From a virus (taxonomy: Duplodnaviria; Caudoviricetes): DNA of 52,548 bases. The notes beneath the pieces were generated by a model. That model was not told the DNA's origin, made no database searches, and saw only the letters and a program-made list of their open reading frames with translations. Positions 27,901 through 35,900 of the stretch are shown one piece after another. Every line of letters begins with the position of its first letter. Positions within the stretch are counted from its first letter, which is position 1. The DNA is taken from the IMG/VR virus record IMGVR_UViG_3300021964_000096, positions 1 through 52,548 of that record, one strand, 5' to 3'. Both the position numbers and the translations under genes were made by a program.

Positions 27901-27934
27901 CTAACGAGTATTCATTTCCTTCGTATTCAAACAT
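18923..27934 (-). CDS. Giant polyvalent internal virion/ejection protein (zincin, HNH-like, HAD phosphatase and P-loop kinase modules)
   Basis: 3003 aa; AHEVGH; EHNPP...WKRYY; VFDFDDTL...ILTARP...FADD; MVGGPGAGKT; located after smaller ejection genes. Confidence 0.85.
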   Translation of the reverse strand: MFEYEGNEYSLEDVKLAASNLNMSFDEYVSKYGLKEVKKPKGVAEEDATVTPQPEIASESTDLEQENGSLDLEKLNDKEFFAEFGINNVDIEDDKDALPYTRSLEESTNETTVESTRTRNTQLPKATPKEYIKKVKNLESTANAVLNSNTPYQLDIEGGSISELSEDPSFFDNIRSEIKEAHYRRFPNGEFPSDYDIDNIVKAKIKKLSKQEAEQEQNAARALVEDALEDGGYDFKLNTGAKLHISEISKEAKNLANIIKQTREQQKILQGDGTYDEKLAAQVKLKELSPLADEALNTYNEDLTFMFDNKTGQRLTKPEVEAKNSAGEQDEMTNLEGELNELEGYYKDLDLESLEQAYFGHVLEYEDYQKNRNSTIDLKPTDGMFAIALGNYGYEPEDGVFKNVKYSDLMNFQDQEELLQSSIYNPEGGIVPLLGKTLKSISKDRKKLNLEREAFKTAYLLNIDPGSIKKSKTSRFFEAATEATIGEEATERIGTTARKELDALEGVFSEAGITMTEDQKKNFERSFGMNVAEGVGAFMPELVKFALANKVAGAAGITRLIANTSNKPLRFALGALLEEAKFKAVTEGESQTGGGVGFFAGGALMRKAIPFRFQGDLARFNPFLEKVVLAGPGGAVGSEAALFTEAVYKDVIGSKAFRSSMEEEYGDLGEVGSRVAVNMAVFSLIGGLGIKKLDFKSIAEKRSLLEKTQNELDNDFLKKRSLESTSRSLKEASPFSKEKLLTDSEVLKKQNLVNLLKSEMAVADRAFNKLDIASVRDNMNAARAVLNSDKSTKYEIEAAKKVINQGTANIAAAQRQVNRQFNEMRKSGILGDKVSLEIVEGGEKTGGAKALYDPISKKFTVDILKYKPGVFAHEVGHAFMDMAFKANPELAKQFKDVIKNDFNKALQGKRFDYKGKKDLTFEEVIDFAYGKDVKAEEYVMNAIEFLQNPKYADLLLNKGLLPSLKRTLVNTGKKAGLDLSSSLDLSASNSTRASQLLEFMYSMGRVSEGGSARGIKKSFEKFSDISIDGNKLVDTFGNEITQDRVNEIKASKDLEASASKLAEKYQNNKESMSPKELTDFKDQYVRIGIEAVSTWAAKKGVPVSAIKGNPEIEGRILDQLESVIRNYKPVNPRTGEKVELSTYMQKPLGLRVGPKIVEEYSRKRETTSADTEFAREIVDQSSPEALAERRAKEEAETKDLIDVRDFTPVRVKRELIEESVDLKPETLSTLTYKTAANEYSPKVAEALLDVPYERATGKSTLNYGRGSGAAEVSRMQGLFRNVQEFKRFMETVPEYNVAGPEATLKTLEGQEKIIDVSPDAKGYATGLSNKMLKIMYDKVDTKIPGISSPKGRSLGKTSQTQVWRLKPEFRKPSIETLRKLQQDIGITPAGELSIPMKAANRTKFGTLLQGLTKLYVDNVTNKVIRSKIEESGVKTAKGTDQIIADIAAGTSKRMASEVIKEAKRKLNKFKPSLISNPKDIKMYEEGEADFYNAIASGMKVEKAFNESFDKTFLTKKDGTPLKAKNDLIKSIEYNVGEYDRASRALSKGTEPKPLQRYLFEQVSEQRAQEQTKEMLGVGRNGIDFDNPEQINAFTRAHEKAIGEMFKDKTDAELAETAAFLVKAYSANAKLGSGLFKWAETDAGIVLELSNGKTGTTRQSAFGKAEDFINLVIKPNMSNPDAIRVVRKPKNTKEGEKMEFSHIEFDGKRIDVKRAKQSSTATSSAIKEVEKEGKISKETLDGSLEYANANRDLYVDILEQFKKNGDNNSTGMFLSSSTSSMEGLLRAAANLNSIAVKGKDFNPDNYRYEHNPPANVMKVYSVQYLEGKITKAELRAKLNDYSASIIPKEMDNIINEKYQSSLPLEALINPWKRYYNFSHYGRDITELTLYEKQADGSYTTVKKGAGFEQAYKDAQSALEQNTSTKASKEFFEKPKSVQESIENLKSLDKALKAGNDVKAPVKKIRVFDFDDTLARSNSKVNYTTPNVEGGFSQGVNKYKAIFMVGGPGAGKTNIGKGLQLGRRGFKVVNQDIALEAMKEEAGLPAREGEYTKEQRSTRSKLGAAARKAAVAKFDKYAKNGDGMVIDGTGASYNATMKKVKQLEDAGFEVHMVVANTPLETAISRNQARVERSLPDFVVRKTWEQVQESANRYREEFGDRLYEIETTDIGFGEALPERFLQKVYSGITRNKVGKINASEFAKQADLLESQGAKFDFKEFSKVIDGKKGPLFSVAEKIAAARGTEDVFILTARPPESAIEIQKFMKEAGIDIPLENITGLGDGAAKAKAKWVLDKAGEGYNDFYFADDAIKNVKAVKDILSQIDVKSKVQQAKASKDIDLSKTFNEYLEFKTGIGAQKKYARVKGEVAGKGKGKLNFFVPYSANDFTGLLYTTLAKGKKGEAQMKFYKETMLDPYARAMNNISRDRVAMLNDFNALKKQISSVPKNLRKKLPGEPFTQEQAVRVNIWSKQGMEVPGLSKADLKSLNEFVEKSPELSSFSEQLVNILKGDQYAKPGEGWVTGTITTDLLQTLNTTKRAKYLEPWKQNVSEIFSEQNLNKLEAAFGKNYRSSMEGILKRMETGRNRGNNADKFSGKLVDWLTGSIGVTMFFNTRSAVLQTISSFNYLNFKDNNIFAAAKAFANQKQYWKDFSTLMNSDFLKERRSGLRMNINEADIADMAKKGGVRGVVNKLLEFGFTPTQVADSFAIASGGSTYYRNRIKKYVKEGMNEVAAEKQALKDWREISEENQQSSRPDRISAQQASDLGRVVLAFANTPMQYNRIMKKAYMDLKDGRGSKKENISKILYYGAVQNLIFNALQNALFAIAFDEDNEMSEKQKQDSYRTLNGMADSVMRGSGYVGAIASVLKNTAIKLNTELDKKRPNVERVLVSDLLRVSPPLSAKVSQIQNASRAYQWNKDEMKEKGFSLDNPAYLAGGQVISAATNVPLDRLIKKINNIDAALGENVEEWQRIALLAGWNEWNLGLEDKKKSKKTNKRTRTTRTRKIILR

Positions 27935-27943
27935 AATTTAATT

Positions 27944-29296
27944 TTATTTATTTAAACCAGGTAAACCTTTTTTTGTTAAAACTGGTTTTTTACCTCTTTT
28001 CTTTCTAATAGCATCTATAACATACGGTATTTGCTCAAAAACTAAATCAGTATTAGAGTCTGCGCCAAATCTACTTATTTCTAAGGTTTCAGCCAACCTT
28101 GCAACATCTTCAGCTCTATTTAGATCATATTTCATTTCGCCACCATCTCCGTTTTCTATTGTTATTACTCTATCATTTTTAGTTACACCGTCCAAACCTA
28201 TATATTGTCTTATAGTAGCCATAGGGTTAGCGTTATCACCAATTAAACCTTCTACAACAGAATTAGCTCTATTATTTATTCTTTGTTCTTTCTCTAATCT
28301 AGTTATCTCTGTTTGAGTAAGCTCATCAGTGTTAGACTTAAACTGTTCGTCTATTTGTTTTTTCTTTCTATATATATCTAATTGTCCTTGCTCTTTTGAT
28401 TGTAAATCTTGTTGCTCTTTTTGCTCTATCTGGTTTAGATATTGAGAAGCAACATCACTACGACCTTGTGCTAACCTAGCAGCTACTTGGTCTATTATGT
28501 CTTTTGCATCTAGATCTATATCAGAGAATAAATCAGAAGGCACACCTGGTATAATATTATCTCCTTTTACTATCATTTCAGCTACTTGTGGACTTAAAGA
28601 TGTTTTTAAGTCGTCTTTATACCGCATTGTTTCTTCAGGAGTGTAAGGAACTTTTCTTTTATAAGCTTGTTCTATGTCGTTTTTATATAAATTACCGAAA
28701 GTCAAACCAGCTTCTTTAAGTACAAGAACAGGCGGTTCTTTTACACCACCATATACAACCTCTCCATTGGGCCCAACTTCTAAATCACCAGTAAACCAAG
28801 ATTCAGCTTTGTCGCTTTCACCGTTTAAAGTGTTTAAAATAGAATATTTACCAGCTTTAGTATTATCAGCCCAATCAAGTTTACCTGTTTTTTGAACTTT
28901 TATATTGTTAGTTAAATTAACAAATCTATTGTTTATGGAGTTCAACTTGTCAGATAGCTCCATATATAACTCATAATTATCAGAAGCTGAAACCCTAGCT
29001 AATTGACTAGCCATGTCAGCGTATTCTTTTTTCCAAGCAAATGCTTTTGTTGCTATTTCTTTTTGCTCTTGAGGATTTAAATTAGCTATATCTATGTCTT
29101 CTAAACCATCTAAAAGCTTTACCATTTTAGCATCTTGAACAGCCTTTTTTTCTTGATCAGCCTTTAATTTAGCTTTACGCTGCTCTATTATAGGCCCGTA
29201 TGTTGATTCAAAACCTCTTGAAAAAGCTCCAAAGTAATCCACTGCCGGTCCTGCAGCTACAGCTGCGCCTCTTATTAATGCTTCGTTTACTGCCAT
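27944..29296 (-). CDS. Putative internal virion/ejection protein
   Basis: 450 aa; helical and charged; position in the ejection cluster. Confidence 0.6.
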   Translation of the reverse strand: MAVNEALIRGAAVAAGPAVDYFGAFSRGFESTYGPIIEQRKAKLKADQEKKAVQDAKMVKLLDGLEDIDIANLNPQEQKEIATKAFAWKKEYADMASQLARVSASDNYELYMELSDKLNSINNRFVNLTNNIKVQKTGKLDWADNTKAGKYSILNTLNGESDKAESWFTGDLEVGPNGEVVYGGVKEPPVLVLKEAGLTFGNLYKNDIEQAYKRKVPYTPEETMRYKDDLKTSLSPQVAEMIVKGDNIIPGVPSDLFSDIDLDAKDIIDQVAARLAQGRSDVASQYLNQIEQKEQQDLQSKEQGQLDIYRKKKQIDEQFKSNTDELTQTEITRLEKEQRINNRANSVVEGLIGDNANPMATIRQYIGLDGVTKNDRVITIENGDGGEMKYDLNRAEDVARLAETLEISRFGADSNTDLVFEQIPYVIDAIRKKRGKKPVLTKKGLPGLNK

Positions 29297-29314
29297 TTTA
29301 TTGTTATTATTTTA

Positions 29315-29947
29315 TTAAGGCCCAGTGCTTCCACCGCCTCCAAACATGTTTGAGCCAGCTACAGCACCACCAATAGCGCCAATGCCTCCGATTATAGATT
29401 GTGTAGCAGCCGCTCTAGCTTGCTTAGCAGCGCCAAGTCTTTGTTGAGCCATTCCTAGTAGTGTACCTGTTTTTTCGTATTCTAAACCTCTAGCTTGAGT
29501 TGCTCCTTGAGCTTCTAACTCTTGCAGTCTTTGACCTTGTTGTGCTTGAAGTAATTGATTTTGTTGCTCTTGTTGACCTATGCTAGCTGACGCTTGTTGT
29601 GCTGCTTGCATTTGTTGTCCAGCTAATGATTGAGCTAACGCAGCAATACCAGATCCACCAGCGGCACCTTGTAGACCAGTCATGGTAGTAGCTAATGCTT
29701 GTTGTTGCATTTGTTTTTGAAACTGAGCTTGCTGCTGGTTAACTGTCAAGTCCTCCATGGTATTTTCCATACCAGCATAAAGATTAGAAGTGTCAAGCTG
29801 CTCGTACTGAGCTTTTCTCATGTTCATCTCTTGTTGAGCTGCTTTTTCTTCTCGCTTTCTTTTGCGGCTACCTATAATACCACCGGCTATACCAGCGACA
29901 CCTTTTATTGCACCACCTACGAGCGCAGCTGTTGCTATTCCTGCCAT
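29315..29947 (-). CDS. Putative DNA ejection/pilot protein
   Basis: Gly/Ala-rich hydrophobic termini with a Gln-rich coiled coil. Confidence 0.7.
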   Translation of the reverse strand: MAGIATAALVGGAIKGVAGIAGGIIGSRKRKREEKAAQQEMNMRKAQYEQLDTSNLYAGMENTMEDLTVNQQQAQFQKQMQQQALATTMTGLQGAAGGSGIAALAQSLAGQQMQAAQQASASIGQQEQQNQLLQAQQGQRLQELEAQGATQARGLEYEKTGTLLGMAQQRLGAAKQARAAATQSIIGGIGAIGGAVAGSNMFGGGGSTGP

Positions 29948-30423
29948 AATTTTTCTTTTTTATTATATTCTTCCATTGTTATAGAGTACAAAGATTTTTC
30001 TATTTCTTTCATGTCCTGTGTATTTGTTGGATTTTTATGCACGTTTATAAACAATGTATCTTCTAGTGATAGTATTAATCTTTTAGCGCCTTTCATAGAC
30101 TTTTGATAACAAGGCGCTATGTGTTCTATTTGCTCCCCATCAGTTGTAACTAATATTCTTCCTTTTAATAGAAACCAAAAATGCTCAGTATGATGTATTG
30201 CGCTTATAACAACGCACTCTTTGGGCATGTACATTTTACGCATATATAGTTGATCAGAAAATTCGTTTTCTATTCTAAATATTTCGTTATTAACTAAGTT
30301 CTCTCCATCGCCAAAAACATTTTCTAAATGATTGTTTTTTATCATGACATTTTGAAGATCTTCGAGTCTTTTAGTGTAATTACTTACTTTATTGTTATTA
30401 GATTTAATTTTAACTTTAGACAT
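29935..30423 (-). CDS. Cupin-like protein
   Basis: YMRKMYMPK...AIHHTEHFWFLLKG...GAKR...FINVH. Confidence 0.7.
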   Translation of the reverse strand: MSKVKIKSNNNKVSNYTKRLEDLQNVMIKNNHLENVFGDGENLVNNEIFRIENEFSDQLYMRKMYMPKECVVISAIHHTEHFWFLLKGRILVTTDGEQIEHIAPCYQKSMKGAKRLILSLEDTLFINVHKNPTNTQDMKEIEKSLYSITMEEYNKKEKLWQE

Positions 30424-30440
30424 ATAATTATTATTACATG

Positions 30441-30767
30441 TTATTTACTACTTTCAAACACTTCGCTACCTACAGAGAATAATTCCGCATACGCTGTAGT
30501 GTTGTTTCTAAACTGAGCTTCGGCATAATAACCTTTTAATTGACCAACGTGCGCTCTTGTATCTTTTTTAAAAAATATAAAGTCAACACCTGGTTCAGGT
30601 AGGCTAGCGCCAGTCACTATATCTATTGTTAAAATTAAATCTGTTATATCAGTTAGCGTTCCAAGTTTAATTTCATTACCTGTGTCTATATCTAAAAACC
30701 AGACTTCGTCTCCAACCTGTAGCGTTACTGGGAAAGGGTTGTTAAATGTTAGTGTTAAATTGGGCAT
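30441..30767 (-). CDS. Tail-associated protein
   Basis: 108 aa; ends LKGYYAEAQFRN...ELFSVGSEVFESSK. Confidence 0.6.
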   Translation of the reverse strand: MPNLTLTFNNPFPVTLQVGDEVWFLDIDTGNEIKLGTLTDITDLILTIDIVTGASLPEPGVDFIFFKKDTRAHVGQLKGYYAEAQFRNNTTAYAELFSVGSEVFESSK

Positions 30768-30778
30768 AATTATATATT

Positions 30779-32902
30779 TTAAGTACAGTTAGCGTCAGGA
30801 CAACACAGTCTAAGCACACTCCAAGCTGTTCCTGTTGATCCAGTTACCCTTAGCGTAGCAAAATCTTTATTGTTATAGTCAGTAGCACTATATTGCCACC
30901 AAAGTATTTGTTGGTATGTATTACTTCCAACTGTCATGCTGTTAACGGTACGTCCGGTTGCATTTTGGAATTCAGATTGTCTAGTATATGTCCAAGGATT
31001 TGTTATATTTGTTCCAATAAACTGATCTACACCAGCGGCTTCCGTGGGTGAAGGTAGTTTGTTTCCTGTATTATACGTTCCAAATATACTATCAAAAGGA
31101 CCATCGTTAGAAGTTCCAGAACCTGGAATAACGTGACTTGTTGTTGCTACCTTATCACCGGTAGTTGCGGTTCCGTGGTATATTTCAAACTTATCTGGAA
31201 CACCTTGTGCATCAACTAAAAACGCTACTAAACCACCAGCTGGATCAAGTGGTATATCATAATCAACTATATCATAACCTCCAGAAGAAGATGTTGCAGC
31301 GCAACTTATCGACGGTATTACATATAAAAATTGATCTATATCTATAGTAAAGTTAGTGGTTAAATCACCTATACTGTAAACATCTACAAAGCCTTTTATT
31401 GTAGCTGTGCTAGTTCCGGTTACTTCAACGCTCGTAAGCTCAAACTCTATATTAGTACCGTTGTTTTTGACAAATAAAATATCTATATCATTGGCAACGC
31501 TTATATTTGGACTAACAGATATTTGAGTTTTAGAATCAACGCTTGTAACCTCGTAGTTAAAAGGAGCTAAACTAACAGCTTGCTCTTTAATAGAGCTTGC
31601 ATCATAAGCATTAAACCTGTCACCAGCGTCTATACCATCTGTACTACTTAAAGTTATGGTGCTTCCAGTGCTAGCTGACGTTGTAGAAGCTATAGTTGTT
31701 TGCATCTCTGGTATCAAAGGATACACCTCTCTATCTTCTTCTAAGTATGGGTGTGATAAACCTATTTTACTTCCAGAAGGAGCTGTGATATTCCACTCTA
31801 CAGGAACTTTAACAGGTGTAGTGTAGTTGTTAAGCGCGTCCCCCTGGTATTCGACTTGTGTAAATCCAGTCATTCCTTGAGAACTTAATCCATTAAACCT
31901 AACTCTAGGAAGTACATTGTATTGATTAAAATCTAATACGGTGTTACTAATATCAACATCAGCTCCGGATATAGCAAGAGAATACTTAACAACATTTACA
32001 GATGAATTTTGTATATTAGGAAAAACAACTTCAACATCAACATAACCAGCAGAAGGTATAGAAGCATTAGTTGCTAAATTCCATGTATTTGGGCCTGTTT
32101 CGGAATTATCGTCTGTTAAAACAACGCTAAAAACCGCTCCTTCGTCTCCCCATACTCTCCAAATTTGCGTTCTACCAACGCTTTCAATATTCATATCTGT
32201 TTTGTAGCAACCTGTACCAGAAACGTACCAACACCATCTTTTTACTTTTGGATTTGTAGGAGTGAAAATCTCAAAAGCTTTAATTGAGCGAATAGCAATT
32301 TTATCACCAGAAATACTTTGATTTGGATATATGTAATTAACATCATAAGTTATACTTGTTAATCTGTTTTCAGAATCATAGGTTGGTGTTTGAGCTATGT
32401 TATAGTTACTTTGTATGCCTTGAACAACTTGCATCCCAGCACCAATGTTTAAATAATGATTAGCAGCCGCGGTATATGTTTTACTAAATAATAACTCACT
32501 TTCCCCAAAAGCACCTGAATTTGAGTAAGGGGTATTCGCTTCTGTGCCATCGCCAGTAACATTAGTACTAACATTAGCTGTAAACGTACCTGCTATAGTT
32601 ATCTCCTTAACTTTACCTTCACCTACAACGCATAAAGGTATTGTATAATTACTCGAGGGCATAACAAATCCTGTGTCAAAAGTTACAGTACAAAGTACGT
32701 TTAAACCTGCTTGAGTGAATGAAACGTCCAAGACGGCATTGTCAGAAAAGCTAGGATCTTCTGAAAAATCCGCGGCGTTTGCTGTATATCCGCTATTTGG
32801 CACAATTGTTATTTGTGCAGTTGGGTATAATACAGAAACATTGCTTCCTTCTGGTATTGTATACTGAATATTTGTAAATGTATAATTATTAAAGCTTGGC
32901 AT
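30779..32902 (-). CDS. Beta-rich virion structural protein (tail appendage or adhesin-like)
   Basis: 707 aa; T/S/N/V-rich; GVPDKFEI motif; in the tail module. Confidence 0.65.
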   Translation of the reverse strand: MPSFNNYTFTNIQYTIPEGSNVSVLYPTAQITIVPNSGYTANAADFSEDPSFSDNAVLDVSFTQAGLNVLCTVTFDTGFVMPSSNYTIPLCVVGEGKVKEITIAGTFTANVSTNVTGDGTEANTPYSNSGAFGESELLFSKTYTAAANHYLNIGAGMQVVQGIQSNYNIAQTPTYDSENRLTSITYDVNYIYPNQSISGDKIAIRSIKAFEIFTPTNPKVKRWCWYVSGTGCYKTDMNIESVGRTQIWRVWGDEGAVFSVVLTDDNSETGPNTWNLATNASIPSAGYVDVEVVFPNIQNSSVNVVKYSLAISGADVDISNTVLDFNQYNVLPRVRFNGLSSQGMTGFTQVEYQGDALNNYTTPVKVPVEWNITAPSGSKIGLSHPYLEEDREVYPLIPEMQTTIASTTSASTGSTITLSSTDGIDAGDRFNAYDASSIKEQAVSLAPFNYEVTSVDSKTQISVSPNISVANDIDILFVKNNGTNIEFELTSVEVTGTSTATIKGFVDVYSIGDLTTNFTIDIDQFLYVIPSISCAATSSSGGYDIVDYDIPLDPAGGLVAFLVDAQGVPDKFEIYHGTATTGDKVATTSHVIPGSGTSNDGPFDSIFGTYNTGNKLPSPTEAAGVDQFIGTNITNPWTYTRQSEFQNATGRTVNSMTVGSNTYQQILWWQYSATDYNNKDFATLRVTGSTGTAWSVLRLCCPDANCT

Positions 32903-32911
32903 ATTATTATA

Positions 32912-35900
32912 TTAAGGTATTGTTGGCGTGACGGAATTGTATTGTACTATTTCAGAAATAATTCCATCTACTATTTTTATAAATTTATATTCATCTGGTA
33001 TTGGAGTAGGGTCAGTAGGATCTAGAGCTAAATTTGGATCAACAGTAGAAGAGCCTACCCATAAATACAATGCGTCCCATAGAATAAACTCGCAAGGATC
33101 AGATCCGTATGTTACCCAGATTTTAGTACCTACATTAACACCTTCGGCAATATTGTATCTATATTCAGCATTAATATTGCCTAAAGGTCCCGCGTTTGGA
33201 TAATCGATAAAGCTTTGTTCTATTGCACCTCTCGCCCATTCCATATCGGTAAAACCGCTCCAATTAATCCCTCCTAATTCTAGGCTAGCATCCCAATCTC
33301 TAAACCAATAAAAATAAATTGGTGTTTCCGGCAGACATTCATCTTCGCAGAGAGGGTTTGGGATTTGATTCATTTGAGTGATTTCTGTAACAACACCTGA
33401 TGAGTTTGTTTTAATTAATTTATACCCATCCGGCAGCAAAGATACATTGGTCCATCTATTAGCTGCATTATATTCTATGGAATATTCAAACGCATACCCG
33501 GGTCCTGGTCCTGTTACTAAATAACGGTCTGAGGCAACGTTCAAGTTAATAGGATCTATATAAAGAACTGTGTTAACTTCAATTTCCCCTGGTCCGTGCC
33601 AATAAATCTCAAAGCTGCTCCATCCTCCATTTGGGCCATTTATATTAGGATCATCATGTTGTTCCCAAAATGAATTCATAAAACCCCTTAAGCTACATAA
33701 AAAGTTATTTGTACTAGTATGTCCTTGTGTAACATTAAAAGAAGGTATTTGAGGATCAGAGTTATTTGCATTTAAGTATGTATCAAACCATCTAAACATA
33801 TCTGGCGTTGTTGGCGGGCATACTGCAAGAGAGTTATATGGAACAACAGAGCTAATAATACCATCCGATCCCCATATAACTATAAAGTACGTGTTAGGTA
33901 CTGAGACTGAATTATTAGGGTCTAAATAGAAGCTGTCTGGAGCAATTCCAATTGGCGGAGGCTTTATCCATAAATAAGTACCTGCTTCGGTTATAGGCTG
34001 CAAAGTATCTTTATCGTACATCTGAGTCCCTACGGATATTCCATCTGAAAACACATACTTAAATTGATGATAGTTTATTGAAGTTACCTGGCTGTAATTT
34101 CCATTTACATAATTGTAAAAATCATCTATAATACATTTAGCGTCCTGAGCGGTTAGTGCTTCTAATATTGAAGAGCTTAAACCTTTAGTGTTCCACTGAT
34201 ACCATCCTTCAAAATCAGTGTCTGGAGTTGGAGAACCAGAGCTGCTACAAGTTTCGTCAATAGTAACAGTTAATAAATAATTCTGAGGATCACACTCTAC
34301 TATAACTGGTGGTCCAATACCTTCACCTATAAATTCGCAATTGTTAAACTGCTCTAATCCTTTTATATAGTTAAAATACTTACCTTCTTTCTTTTCAAAC
34401 TCTTTAATCTCACCTCCTTCAAGATTTGTTTTGATATAATTTACATACCAACCTGGTTGCTTTTGTTCTACAAAATTTGGAATTATTTTATTAAAATTAA
34501 CTTCAGCTATAGAATATGGTTTACCTAATTGCTCTAGCTTGTATTGTAATCTTCTACTTTGCGTTCCAGTGTAGTTTAACGTACTAAACCCTTTTACAGA
34601 TTGAGGCATTTCATTAAAGATAACATTGAAGGCGCTATCATATTGTATACCATAAAAATTATTAGCTTTATCGAGAAGCCCGTGCTCCCAAATTCTACCG
34701 TGTTTAAAGGTAAAGTATCTATTGTTTAAACTAAGACCACTTTCTTGTATAAACGATTTTCTAGATGTCCAACCATCTACAGACTCTTTAAACGAAACAG
34801 TGGTTTGTGTTATTGGATCTGTTGTGTCTATGTTGCAGTCGGGGTTTAATTGATAATCTTGACTCTCGCTAAAAGTGTTTTTCCAAGATTGGCTAAGGTT
34901 GTTTAAAGTTACATTGTATATATCTTTGTCATCGTCATAACTACCTATAATTTTAGTAGAAACACCTAGGTTATCAGCAAAGAAATCTGACATACCTTTT
35001 TCTGCTATGTTAGTTATACCGTCTCTAGACAATCTTATAACAGCACCTCTATTTTTATCTGTAAAGTAAGATCTAAATGCGTATTGAGCAAATGATTCTG
35101 GATTTTTAGATATACCAAATTCACCAGCGTAAGGAACAGCTTGACCTAAAACAGCAGTATTACCAGTTAGGTTAACGTTGCCATCAGCATTATACAAGGC
35201 ATCTTTGTTAGCTAACACTCTAAAACACTTATCTTCACAAAGTGTTATTAAATCAGTGTCTCTAGCATGTAGCTTTTGTATCGTACCGTGTATTGGGTTT
35301 AAATCTTTTGTTATGGGTAAGGCTTGTATAAACTGATTTAATCTATTTATACCTGATGTAGAGTTGTATACTTGAGAGAATATATAACCACTACCCCTTC
35401 TTTCCTCTGCATAGGGATCGTCTAATACTGTAGAAACTTTAGGGCCTTTATCTATATAAACAGCGTTGTAATCATCTCTAATTCTATTAGACTCAACACC
35501 TTGACCATATGAATAACAGTTAAACCACTCTATTTGCTGGTTTGTATTATTATAGTCTGATATAGGTATAGCGTTAGAGGCTTCATAGTAAAGATCTAAA
35601 TCTACAGCTTCTTTAGGTTCTGTTTCAAATATAGCTGGATTAGGTGAAGTTAATAGTTTATTGTTGTCGGTACTAACGTTTTCAACTACTTGTATAGAAG
35701 GAAGTTTACTACTCAACACACTCTGCTGATTCCACTCTGGCATCCAAGGATCGTTTATAAACCTATCTAGAAATATCATAAATATAACTATACCGTTTTC
35801 AGAGTTTGTTCTCCAATTGTTACAATTTGACTTTTTGTATCTACCTCCTCTTGGAACTAGATAAGAAATTGTTTCCATCACGGTATATACCTCGCTCTGA

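Noticed and set aside
18923-27934. crAss-like virion RNA polymerase
   Set aside because: No DxDxD catalytic motif seen; DFDDT belongs to a HAD DxDxT motif with matching downstream motifs.
19703-27941. Plus-strand ORFs antisense to the giant gene (and similar ones opposite other structural genes)
   Set aside because: Ser/Leu/Phe-rich mirror-frame artefacts of the sense codon usage.
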